From a virus (taxonomy: Duplodnaviria; Caudoviricetes), in IMG/VR virus record IMGVR_UViG_3300036861_000394, positions 1-54,490 of that record: a stretch of DNA of 54,490 nucleotides, one strand, 5' to 3'. The translations under genes and the position numbers were made by a program. Below, piece after piece: positions 25,121 through 32,956 of the stretch (position 1 is its first letter; each line of letters starts with the position of its first letter). Below the pieces are notes generated by a model. The model was not told the origin of the DNA. It saw nothing but the letters and a program-made list of their open reading frames with translations, and ran no database searches.

Positions 25121-25968
25121 GCCGCCACCACCGATGTAGCCACGATCTTCGACACCGCGGACTGCGAGAGCCCGAACTCCCGCGCCAGCCGCGCCTGCTT
25201 CCAGCCCTCCTCGCCGTGGAGCCGCCGGATCTCCGCGTTCCGCTCCCCGGTCGCGGTCAGGTCCGAGCGCCGCTGTCGCGTCGGCTCCTTCAGCACCGGG
25301 ACGTGCGCCGGCAGGATCGGCTTGTCCATCCGCAGGGCCACGAGCAGGACGAGCCGATTCACCCTGCCCTGCATCCGCGGCGACTGGATCTCCAGGCCGT
25401 GCACGCAGAAGCGCCCGAAGTCCCGATAGCGGCGATACTCCCGCTCCCGCATTCCTAGCCAGACCCGTTCAAGCTCGGCGTACGACCCACGCTCGTATTG
25501 CCGATCCTTTGCCGAGCAGGCGGCCGTGTAGGCATCGTCGGTGCCCTCGATCGCAGCCTGCATCCGAGCGAGCTCGGACTCGTTCCGCTCTCGCTCCTCT
25601 GCCCGCAGGTCGCCGCGGGTGCCGGGGTCACGGTTCAGGTGCTCGTAGTGGGCGGAGAGCGATTCGTCGCCGGCCACTCGCTCGCGGCCTGTGTAGGCGT
25701 CGACCTTGATTCGCCCGGTCGCGGAACAGCGCTCGCAGGGCATGGGGATGCCGCGAACCCGCTTCATGCCTTCGCCCTCGCAGCGCGGACAGGGCTTGAA
25801 CTTCGAGGGGACCTCTCCCGGCTTGGCGCCGAGCGCGACGATCATCCCGGTCGAGGTCTTGACGTGCCGCGCCCAGTCGTAGAGAGTCGCGGCCAGAAAC
25901 CGCACGCGGGCAAGGTCGGCCTGACTGGCCCGCGGCTTGACGTTCAGACCGTTGCTCGATCCGGCCAC
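25117..25968 (-). CDS. Transcription regulator with CxxCxGxG Zn finger and C-terminal HTH (Q-like candidate)
   Basis: CPRCEGEG...CERCSATG; ERNAEI...QARLAREFGLSQSAVSKIV. Confidence 0.7.
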   Translation of the reverse strand: MAGSSNGLNVKPRASQADLARVRFLAATLYDWARHVKTSTGMIVALGAKPGEVPSKFKPCPRCEGEGMKRVRGIPMPCERCSATGRIKVDAYTGRERVAGDESLSAHYEHLNRDPGTRGDLRAEERERNESELARMQAAIEGTDDAYTAACSAKDRQYERGSYAELERVWLGMREREYRRYRDFGRFCVHGLEIQSPRMQGRVNRLVLLVALRMDKPILPAHVPVLKEPTRQRRSDLTATGERNAEIRRLHGEEGWKQARLAREFGLSQSAVSKIVATSVVAA

Positions 25969-26025
25969 CGGCGACCTCCGACAGTCGGGGGGTAAGTTCC
26001 CTAGGGAAGTTCTTGGGGCGAGAGG

Positions 26026-26479
26026 CTAGCGGGGCGGTCGGACGATGCGCCGACGCGTTGCCGCGATCTCGTCACGGCGTGCCTGGACTCGGAGCTCGTC
26101 CGTGTTTGCTGCGATGTTCGCATCCACCATGCAACAGCCCAATGGAGGATTCTCCAATGCCTCATCGCGAACGGGGCAGCCCCTGCGGTGTTCACATTGC
26201 GGCGGAGCACTAGGCCAATTGCAGCCATCACCGCCACATGAACAGTCGAATGCACTTCCGTAGCGCCACATCTGACCGACCCCGAGACCGCCGAGGCCAC
26301 CGATCAGCGTGCGATTGTGCTCCTCATCGTGCTCAATCACAAATGAGCGTAAACCGTAACGAAGACGTGGAAACCCAGGCTCCGAATCCTTCTCCTCCCC
26401 GCAGCCAGCACACAGACCGTCCGTGCGGATCGCGGGGTGTTTGCGGCAGATGAGGCAGGCTTGGCCGAAGGTGGTCATG
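26026..26479 (-). CDS. Cys-rich hypothetical protein
   Basis: Start at MTTFGQ with SD AGGAGG; several Cys pairs. Confidence 0.5.
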
Positions 26480-26482
26480 GGG

Positions 26483-26710
26483 TCATCTGTCCTCCTGCGG
26501 TGGTGTCCATCCGGCTTCGAGTAGAGCATCGAAAAGAGTTATCAACTCATCTCTTGGTCGGACGAGTAGCGAACGCGTCAAGGTGTTGGCAAGAGGCTCA
26601 AGCCGGGCCGCACCCGAGGGCCATTCGATCTCATGGACGACCAACAAGCGACCGTCCATCCTCACAACATCGAACGGTCTCGGCTTACGAAATCTGATGG
26701 GAATCCTCAT
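26483..26710 (-). CDS. Hypothetical protein
   Basis: ATGA-coupled ORF. Confidence 0.5.
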   Translation of the reverse strand: MRIPIRFRKPRPFDVVRMDGRLLVVHEIEWPSGAARLEPLANTLTRSLLVRPRDELITLFDALLEAGWTPPQEDR

Positions 26711-26910
26711 CGAGACAACCATGGTCGGCGGAAGACGTCGATGAGCGTTTGTCCAAGTTCATCCAGTGCGTCGCCGAGAACGGCTAGCTGGTAGGTCATC
26801 GTCTTTTCCAACTGCTTGACGACGAAGGAGCGATCCACTGGATGACTAGCGCCGCTGCCGATTATCCAATCGTCTAGTAGGGATTGGGCTCGTGGGCCTC
26901 GCTTGCTCAT
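26707..26910 (-). CDS. Hypothetical protein
   Basis: MSKRGP start, ATGA coupled. Confidence 0.5.
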   Translation of the reverse strand: MSKRGPRAQSLLDDWIIGSGASHPVDRSFVVKQLEKTMTYQLAVLGDALDELGQTLIDVFRRPWLSR

Positions 26911-27082
26911 CCTGCTCCCTTCGTTTTTGGTTGTGGGCGGCGCATTCTCTGACGAGCCGCATGAATGATGCAGGCCTCGATGTTCACGACCTTGAAGCAC
27001 TTGCCGCACAGTGCTGTGACCAGATAGGCCTCCACAATCCCCGCGTTACAGCAAGGCGTCTTAACAGCGATCATCGTTTGAC

Positions 27083-27283
27083 TCACCCCGCCCCCGCCCC
27101 AAGCCGACACAGCACCATCACGACCCTGCCCTCCAACTCAACCTCGACCCACTCGCGTCCATTCGAGACTCGCGCTCCCCGCGGCAGCTTCATCTCCCGG
27201 CCAGCACCGGGGTTGTAGACGATCGGCTCGCCGTTGACGAGCTCGCTGTAGACGAACCACCGTTCTTTCTTTCGTCGTTTCAT
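27083..27283 (-). CDS. Hypothetical protein
   Basis: MKRRKKERWF start with GAGG SD. Confidence 0.45.
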   Translation of the reverse strand: MKRRKKERWFVYSELVNGEPIVYNPGAGREMKLPRGARVSNGREWVEVELEGRVVMVLCRLGAGAG

Positions 27284-27519
27284 TGGCCTCGTTTGAAGTA
27301 AAAGTGGAACATCAACGGCTTCCGTAGTTGGCAACATAGAGCGCGGCATCAGCAGACCGACCGGCACTCCCCGCATTCTTTTCAGCCCGTTCAACGCGAA
27401 CGAGCAGCCACATAATCCAACATCGGCAGCAGTTCTTCCCGCCCGGGTGCCCTCGCATGTCTGGCGGTCTATCAGCCCTGTATGCAGGATGATCGGAGCA
27501 GGTCACGCCGCACGACGTT

Positions 27520-27837
27520 TCATTGCTCATGCCCCGCGGGGAGAACGTCAACGCCCTTCGGATCTCGGACATAGCTGACTCCGTGCGTCCCCTTTGCCAT
27601 CCGCCAGCCTGTTCGCCGCTGTCCACCAGTCGCTCCCCCTAGATGTTCGCCCTGTCCGATCTTGTAGACGAAGAGGCCCGCAGGATTCGCGCCCTCGAAT
27701 GAGGCGAGCGCAACCTCGATCGTTCTATCGGGTGCTTGCTCGAATGCCATCCAAGCCAGACGCAATGCCTGACCGCGAAGGCTCAGATCCGAGAACAGCG
27801 TTTCGGCCATCTCGCGCGGAAGTAAGCTTACGTTCAT
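27520..27837 (-). CDS. Replication-associated protein (NPAGL motif)
   Basis: Follows the initiator; NPAGLF..I resembles C-termini of phage replication initiators. Confidence 0.5.
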   Translation of the reverse strand: MNVSLLPREMAETLFSDLSLRGQALRLAWMAFEQAPDRTIEVALASFEGANPAGLFVYKIGQGEHLGGATGGQRRTGWRMAKGTHGVSYVRDPKGVDVLPAGHEQ

Positions 27838-27854
27838 GGTTGGATGGTCCTTTC

Positions 27855-28223
27855 TTATTCTTCTTCTACTTCTAGGGAAGCATTTTGCGCCATTTTGCTA
27901 GCACGGTGATTGCGTCGGATTGGCTCAACAAAGCGGATAGCTAGCAGTTCTTGTAGACCGGTTGTTACGGTTTTGTCCGTCATATGTACTCTTTTTGTCA
28001 GCCATTTGCTATCCGTTGTAATCCGATTGTCTCGTTGCATGGCGATACACATGAGACAAGTCGCGAGCTCACGAGTGGGGGGGCGCAATTGCATCAACTC
28101 AGGATCTCCCAGCCGCTCGTGCCCGTAGACTTTGAACCAGATCATTTTCCGCGATTCATTCTGGTAATGCTGATACTTGTCCCAGTTGCGAATGCGGATG
28201 TGCTTCGGAATCCTCGGCGGCAA
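27855..28223 (-). CDS. Replication initiator N-terminal domain protein
   Basis: IRNWDKYQHY...WFK motif, winged-helix-like end; CATTTTGC repeats near the 3' end. Confidence 0.6.
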   Translation of the reverse strand: MPPRIPKHIRIRNWDKYQHYQNESRKMIWFKVYGHERLGDPELMQLRPPTRELATCLMCIAMQRDNRITTDSKWLTKRVHMTDKTVTTGLQELLAIRFVEPIRRNHRASKMAQNASLEVEEE

Positions 28224-28224
28224 C

Positions 28225-28422
28225 TCATGGCCCTTTGTTCGTCGGCGGACAGGTGAAGTGCCGGCTGACCGGAGTACCCCCCGGACCTCCGAAGCGCGAG
28301 AAAAAGAGATGCTGATAGCGCGGCTCGAGCTTCTTTGTATTGAGGGCGAGAGTGGCTCCGCAGAACTCGCATTCACGCGATTCCCAGCCGCCCCAGACAG
28401 TGTGTGATCCTTTTGAGGTCAT
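28225..28422 (-). CDS. Hypothetical protein (CxxC...H...H.C)
   Basis: Coupled ORF. Confidence 0.5.
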   Translation of the reverse strand: MTSKGSHTVWGGWESRECEFCGATLALNTKKLEPRYQHLFFSRFGGPGGTPVSRHFTCPPTNKGP

Positions 28423-28799
28423 TCGTCCCCTGACTCGCTGAGGGCGGCGTCCAAAATCCTCAGCGTTGCCGAGTGTGCCTCATCCTTGTTCACGAACGCA
28501 CGCTCGCAATCTCTCGCTTCCCGCAGCGCCTCCATCAGCCGCTCCTCCCGCTTGCGAAGTCGGGTGAAAGCATCAGCGCGCTCTTGCCAATCGTTGAGAT
28601 ACTGACCGCCATCAGGGACGCCGAACATCGTGGCTAGCTTCCGCTCTCGTTCACGAAGCCGGGTGAGTTCGGCCTCAGCTTGCTCTAGATCGATGAGGAG
28701 ATCCCGAATCGCTCCTCGCCCGAAGGGTTCGGTAAGCGGCCCGTGGACAATCCCCCGCAGACGTTCTCTACGCTCTTGCGTCACTCGCCGCTCACTCAC
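28419..28799 (-). CDS. Coiled-coil cassette protein B'
   Basis: RLRKREE.L.EALRE shared with 29566..29850. Confidence 0.65.
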   Translation of the reverse strand: MSERRVTQERRERLRGIVHGPLTEPFGRGAIRDLLIDLEQAEAELTRLRERERKLATMFGVPDGGQYLNDWQERADAFTRLRKREERLMEALREARDCERAFVNKDEAHSATLRILDAALSESGDE

Positions 28800-29175
28800 G
28801 GGGCGTCTCCTTGTCGGCCCATTGCCCGACTCGACCACAGACCTGACACTCGGCCCAGCCGCCACCGAGAGCAACCTGCGGATCACACGGGTACGTTTCA
28901 TCCTCGTCGGGGCCGTTCGGGCACTCGTTAAGGCCGAAGCCTTCCTGCCGCAGACGGCGCAGATCGAACTGGCGAACGTCTAGGTCGCTCATCGCGTCTC
29001 CTTGAATCGTCGGCGGTTCCTTGTCGTGCAGCTCACAGTAGAGACGGTTGTACGCGGCGCAGAGCCGAGCCGTTTCCGGGCCAAGGACAGGGTCAAGAGA
29101 GATGTCGGGATGATTCCGCAGGGCTTGGAGCAGTTCGTCAGCGAGCGCATCGATAGGTCCGACGTACTGGCTCAT
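28792..29175 (-). CDS. Hypothetical protein ending ADKETPRE
   Basis: Internal SD plus ATG suggests two fused cassettes. Confidence 0.6.
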   Translation of the reverse strand: MSQYVGPIDALADELLQALRNHPDISLDPVLGPETARLCAAYNRLYCELHDKEPPTIQGDAMSDLDVRQFDLRRLRQEGFGLNECPNGPDEDETYPCDPQVALGGGWAECQVCGRVGQWADKETPRE

Positions 29176-29573
29176 GGCGTCTCCTTGTCGGTGAGGGCGG
29201 CACTGAGCAATCCCATCTTTGAGTGAGAACCCATTGCTCCGTAGATATGCATATGTTCGTCAACCACTTCTTGGGCTGCTTTCTTCACCCGTTCCAGTTC
29301 GGCCTCGGCTTGCTCGGCCCTGGATTCAGCCTCTTCTAACTCCTCTTTGTACGCCTCGTGCGCGTCCGCCAGCGCAAAGTTCGCCGTTTCCCGCGTCGCT
29401 TTGTATGCCTCGTCCCGCTCCCGTGTCAGTTGCTCGACCTGGGCTTCGAGATGCCGCACATACGAAAGCGCTTTGGCTGCACCCGATTCTGATGAGGCTG
29501 AAACCCGTGACAACTCAGCCCGAACCTCGTTGCCGATTTCCCGCCAGCCCTCTCGGTCTATTGATTCAGGCAT
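29172..29573 (-). CDS. Coiled-coil cassette protein A'
   Basis: VEQLT, RAEQAEAELERV and AAL.DKETP shared with 30025..30372. Confidence 0.65.
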   Translation of the reverse strand: MPESIDREGWREIGNEVRAELSRVSASSESGAAKALSYVRHLEAQVEQLTRERDEAYKATRETANFALADAHEAYKEELEEAESRAEQAEAELERVKKAAQEVVDEHMHIYGAMGSHSKMGLLSAALTDKETP

Positions 29574-29850
29574 GGCGGGCGAGGGCGGCGCGGGCGATTT
29601 CCTCAGGATGGCGATAGCCAACAAGTCGTCCTAGACCGGGCGCAGGCTGATAAGCGATCTCTCGCAGCGCCTCCACCAGCCACTCCTCCCGCTTGCGAAG
29701 CCGGGAGAGTGCGGTCTCAAGTTCGGCGATGCGGGCCACAGACGCTTTGTGCACCGCAAGAACGCCTAGCGCCAACAAGTCACCGCTTGCCCTAGCTTGC
29801 CGTTCTATCTCCGCACATTGAGCTTCGGTCAATGCCTCGCGGTCAGTCAC
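29566..29850 (-). CDS. Coiled-coil cassette protein B
   Basis: Paralog of 28419..28799. Confidence 0.65.
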   Translation of the reverse strand: MTDREALTEAQCAEIERQARASGDLLALGVLAVHKASVARIAELETALSRLRKREEWLVEALREIAYQPAPGLGRLVGYRHPEEIARAALARHA

Positions 29851-30028
29851 GGGGCGTCTCCTTGTCGGCCTCGTACTCGTGTTGCTCGTTCCGCAGTTCC
29901 CACGGCATCCAGCCGTAGTTCCAGTCATCGAGGTTTTCTCCGGTGAAGATGTAGCGACGAGCGGTGAGCGGATCGACCCATACGTCACCGACTTGGGACT
30001 TGCTCGGGCCGGGTGGTAGCAGGCTCAT
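29843..30028 (-). CDS. Hypothetical protein ending ADKETPRD
   Basis: Bounded by junction repeats. Confidence 0.6.
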   Translation of the reverse strand: MSLLPPGPSKSQVGDVWVDPLTARRYIFTGENLDDWNYGWMPWELRNEQHEYEADKETPRD

Positions 30029-30372
30029 GGCGTTTCCTTGTCGGCGAGGGCGGCGTCAACAACGGCCCAGAGCGCATCCTTGATGGCTAGCTCGTCATAG
30101 TCCGGTGCGGCGGCGGTAGACCGGGCGCTCTTGGCAAATTCCCTCACCCGTTCCAGTTCGGCCTCGGCTTGCTCGGCCCTCTCGCGCCAATAGTTTGTAC
30201 GCCGCATCCATTGGCCGACAACTATTCTTTCGGCGTACCGATCCTGTGTCAGTTGCTCGACCTCATCGGCCAGGCTCGACACGGAGCCACGGAGCCACAC
30301 AGGACTGTTGGCACGAACAGACAGAGGTCGCTCATTGGCAAGCGCCTTGAGTTCTCTTGACTGCTCGCTCAT
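30025..30372 (-). CDS. Coiled-coil cassette protein A
   Basis: Paralog of 29172..29573. Confidence 0.65.
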   Translation of the reverse strand: MSEQSRELKALANERPLSVRANSPVWLRGSVSSLADEVEQLTQDRYAERIVVGQWMRRTNYWRERAEQAEAELERVREFAKSARSTAAAPDYDELAIKDALWAVVDAALADKETP

Positions 30373-30665
30373 CGTTCCAACTCCTCATCGAGGCGAGCGA
30401 GGGCGGCATCGAGCCTACGGAATGCGGGGCCGTCTTCCATATCCCACTTTGCCGACTGCGCCGCCTCCGCCACATCCAGCAAGGTCTCCGCTGCGTTGAC
30501 GGCCTGGACGATGAGGGCGGCATCGTTCTTTCTGCTGTCCCGCGCCACATATGCGTCGTACTCGGTGTTCGTCAGGACGTCCCAGACGTCGGCATGCACC
30601 TCGTGATGCCACGGCCTCTCCGTCGCCTCCCCAAGTAGCTTCCTGAATCGCTCGATGCCGCTCAT
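30369..30665 (-). CDS. Hypothetical phage protein (AT..PW...DAALI..AVN family)
   Basis: Motif common in small phage early proteins. Confidence 0.65.
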   Translation of the reverse strand: MSGIERFRKLLGEATERPWHHEVHADVWDVLTNTEYDAYVARDSRKNDAALIVQAVNAAETLLDVAEAAQSAKWDMEDGPAFRRLDAALARLDEELER

Positions 30666-30807
30666 GCTGCGCTCCGCGTTTCGAGGTACTTAATCGAGCG
30701 CTCGCCCATATTGTCCGTGAGCAGAGTCCAGAAGCACTCGCCCAACAATCCCGGCCGCTGCCCTGTAACCGCGAAGATCACAAAGAACGATCCGTGTCTT
30801 ATGCCGC

Positions 30808-30996
30808 TCACGCTGCTGAATCTCGGTCGATAGCTTCCATGAGTCGAAACCGCAAAGCCCGCTCCTCGGCCCATTTCTCTTCTAGCTTGCGAGCGACGGT
30901 CCAGCCGGAACGGAACACGCAGCCCCGCTTATGCCCCTTGGGCTCAGCGCACAGCTTGTCGCCGTGAACATTCAGACAAAGACGATTGCCGGTCAT
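30808..30996 (-). CDS. Small Cys/His protein
   Basis: C...C....H...C; ATGA coupled. Confidence 0.5.
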   Translation of the reverse strand: MTGNRLCLNVHGDKLCAEPKGHKRGCVFRSGWTVARKLEEKWAEERALRFRLMEAIDRDSAA

Positions 30997-31274
30997 GCTG
31001 CGCTCCACCTCCAGCCCATTTCCCACAGGCCGAGTTCGATCCCATGTACGAGCCGTTCTTCAATGGCGCTGCCTGCCCAATCCGGGTGTTGGGTCTGAAT
31101 CAGTCGGTGGAGGACTTCGTGAAGCAGGACGCGTTCGTCGTACTCGCGCAATGCGATTTCCCGACAACCGGGAGCATTCCGAACGATGCCGCGAGTTTTA
31201 AGCGTGGGATCGTGCCGGACCCAACAGTCGATTCCTTCGACCTCAATGCGGAAGGGCATCTCAGGTTCGCTCAC
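30993..31274 (-). CDS. Small HExxH protein
   Basis: VLLHEVLH...EE. Confidence 0.65.
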   Translation of the reverse strand: MSEPEMPFRIEVEGIDCWVRHDPTLKTRGIVRNAPGCREIALREYDERVLLHEVLHRLIQTQHPDWAGSAIEERLVHGIELGLWEMGWRWSAA

Positions 31275-32125
31275 GCTGCGCTCCGGGTTTGGGCTAGGTG
31301 CTGCATCAGCTGGTGGCCTATGAGCTCGGTGTAGGCTGGCGGGATTGCTTGCGACAGTTCGCGCCAGTTGGCCCAGGGCATCTCGAACGCTTCGCGTGCC
31401 ATCGCTAGACCTTCTGCTGCGCGAAACTGCCCATTCTCTACCGAGGTGGCACGCCTCCGGTCGCGTGCGTGGTCGCCGTAGATGCCGAGCGTAGGGCGAC
31501 CACTGTGAGCGCAGGGAGGAACGAGCAGTGGCCAGTTCGTCTCGAAGAGACGGTGGCGGCGGATCTCGTGCGTTGCCGTGCCGAGCACAGTTGACGAGCC
31601 GCAGATTTGTACCGGGCTCACCATCGGAGCTCCAGGAACGTTTTCGATGACGTATGGGAGGCTGAGCTCAATCAGTAGCTCCCGCGTCGGTGTCAGAAGA
31701 TCCTCGTGCTCGCCAGCGTTCCACATTGTCTTGAGATCGGTGAAGGCCTGGCAGGGTGGCGAGGCATGAATTGCAGCGAAGTCCTTGACTTCCAGAGCCG
31801 GCTTTGTAGAGTCGAAAGCGACACCGACCAAAGGAGCGGCATGCCTCGCACGATCCTCATCCACCTGAACATCGAAGCCCCGGATACCGACAGCCGCACC
31901 GCCGACGAGATCGCCGACGCGATCCTCGCCAAACTCAGCAGAGAAGAACTTGCCATCGTCGCTCCACTGGCTGAGGAGGTCTAGCGCGTCAGCCTGTACG
32001 AACTCGAACGGATACCTCGGCTGCGGCTTGATGTCCACGCCCACGACCTCGAAGCCCGCGCGGCTGTAGCCCATCGCTGCGCCGCCAGCTCCGCAAAAGA
32101 GATCGAGGAGGCGAGGTTTACTCAC
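31271..32125 (-). CDS. DNA cytosine-C5 methyltransferase-like protein with an insertion of about 60 aa
   Basis: LLDLFCGAGG, VDI, SPPCQ, IENV, RRHRLFE, QAIPPAYT. Confidence 0.85.
   Translation of the reverse strand: MSKPRLLDLFCGAGGAAMGYSRAGFEVVGVDIKPQPRYPFEFVQADALDLLSQWSDDGKFFSAEFGEDRVGDLVGGAAVGIRGFDVQVDEDRARHAAPLVGVAFDSTKPALEVKDFAAIHASPPCQAFTDLKTMWNAGEHEDLLTPTRELLIELSLPYVIENVPGAPMVSPVQICGSSTVLGTATHEIRRHRLFETNWPLLVPPCAHSGRPTLGIYGDHARDRRRATSVENGQFRAAEGLAMAREAFEMPWANWRELSQAIPPAYTELIGHQLMQHLAQTRSAA
31785..31812 (+). promoter_or_regulatory. Antisense promoter inside the C5 methyltransferase
   Basis: TTGACT-16 nt-TAGAGT. Confidence 0.55.
31841..31984 (+). CDS. Nested antisense gene (47 aa)
   Basis: SD AAAGGAG, ATG, MPRTILIHLNIEAPDTDSRTADEIADAILAKLSREELAIVAPLAEEV; coincides with the MTase insertion. 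Confidence 0.7.
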   Translation: MPRTILIHLNIEAPDTDSRTADEIADAILAKLSREELAIVAPLAEEV

Positions 32126-32643
32126 GGCTTGCACTCCCATTGCCCCCATCTAGGCTTATGAGCTCGGACTGCGCGCGCCACCGTATACGCCGCGGTAAAC
32201 ACGTTCGCGTACGGATCGAAGACGCTAAAGCCCGCTCGCCCGAACGGCCCGTGCTCAAACATCGGACCTTCCTGCATCACGCCCCGGTAACGACCGTTCC
32301 GGGCTAGCGGGTAGAGGTGCGACTCGCACGAGCCGACGCTGACGAGCTCAGCCCGCGGCACGCCCCAGATCGTCGAGGCGAGGGAGATCGCGTGGAGGAC
32401 ACTCGGACGCCAGTAGCGGCGAGCCTCGCGCTGCAGCCTCCGCACTCGCCGCCCATTGATCCTCGCCGAGCGCCGCGCCTTCCGAAGCTTCACCCGCAGG
32501 ACGCGATTCTCCCGCTCGAGCGAAGGCTCCCGCTGTGCCCTGACCGCGTGGATGATCCGGTCGAAGCCGATCGGCGGGCCTCCCTTGGCGCTGGAGACGA
32601 AAAGGAAGAGAGCGGTCAGGCAGGAGGCTAGGGCGAGCTTCAT
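32122..32643 (-). CDS. Secreted lytic-transglycosylase-like (SLT/Rpf-like) protein
   Basis: Signal peptide, coiled coil, CES...A.NG.Y.G..Q, DPYAN...A, W..WEC. Confidence 0.75.
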   Translation of the reverse strand: MKLALASCLTALFLFVSSAKGGPPIGFDRIIHAVRAQREPSLERENRVLRVKLRKARRSARINGRRVRRLQREARRYWRPSVLHAISLASTIWGVPRAELVSVGSCESHLYPLARNGRYRGVMQEGPMFEHGPFGRAGFSVFDPYANVFTAAYTVARAVRAHKPRWGQWECKP

Positions 32644-32943
32644 GGCTGATGCCGTATTCGGTCCCATGCTTTTTCAAGGGGTGATAGCTGGCACTCGCAG
32701 GCTGCGGTTGTACGCACGATTCTCGGCTCACCTTCGGGATGGAGAATCCAGCCAGTGGGAGCGAGGTCCGGCCTACGCTCGTCGGCGATTAGCGAGAAGC
32801 ACAGCGGACAAAGGAAGGCCCACTCATCGACGCCACCTTGCCGAACTACCGCATTCCAGACATCGTGCGGCGCAAACCAGACAGGATAGTCGCGATCGCA
32901 GAGATCACAGAGAAGCTCGCGGTGTTCCCGCCCCTCTGCCATC
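32640..32943 (-). CDS. Zn-binding hypothetical protein
   Basis: CDLC...W..P..VWN.V...LCPLCF. Confidence 0.55.
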
Positions 32944-32956
32944 GCATCCCCTGGGG

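Larger units (their letters stand above)
28796..30054. repeat. Dispersed junction repeats CCGACAAGGA(G/A)ACGCC (minus strand)
   Basis: 28796-28819 equals 29847-29870 (24 bp); 29169-29201 matches 30022-30054 (33 bp, 2 mismatches). Confidence 0.9.

Noticed and set aside
28419-31284. CRISPR array or integron attC sites
   Set aside because: The repeats are irregularly spaced, lie within coding sequence and are not palindromic; there is no cas gene or integron integrase
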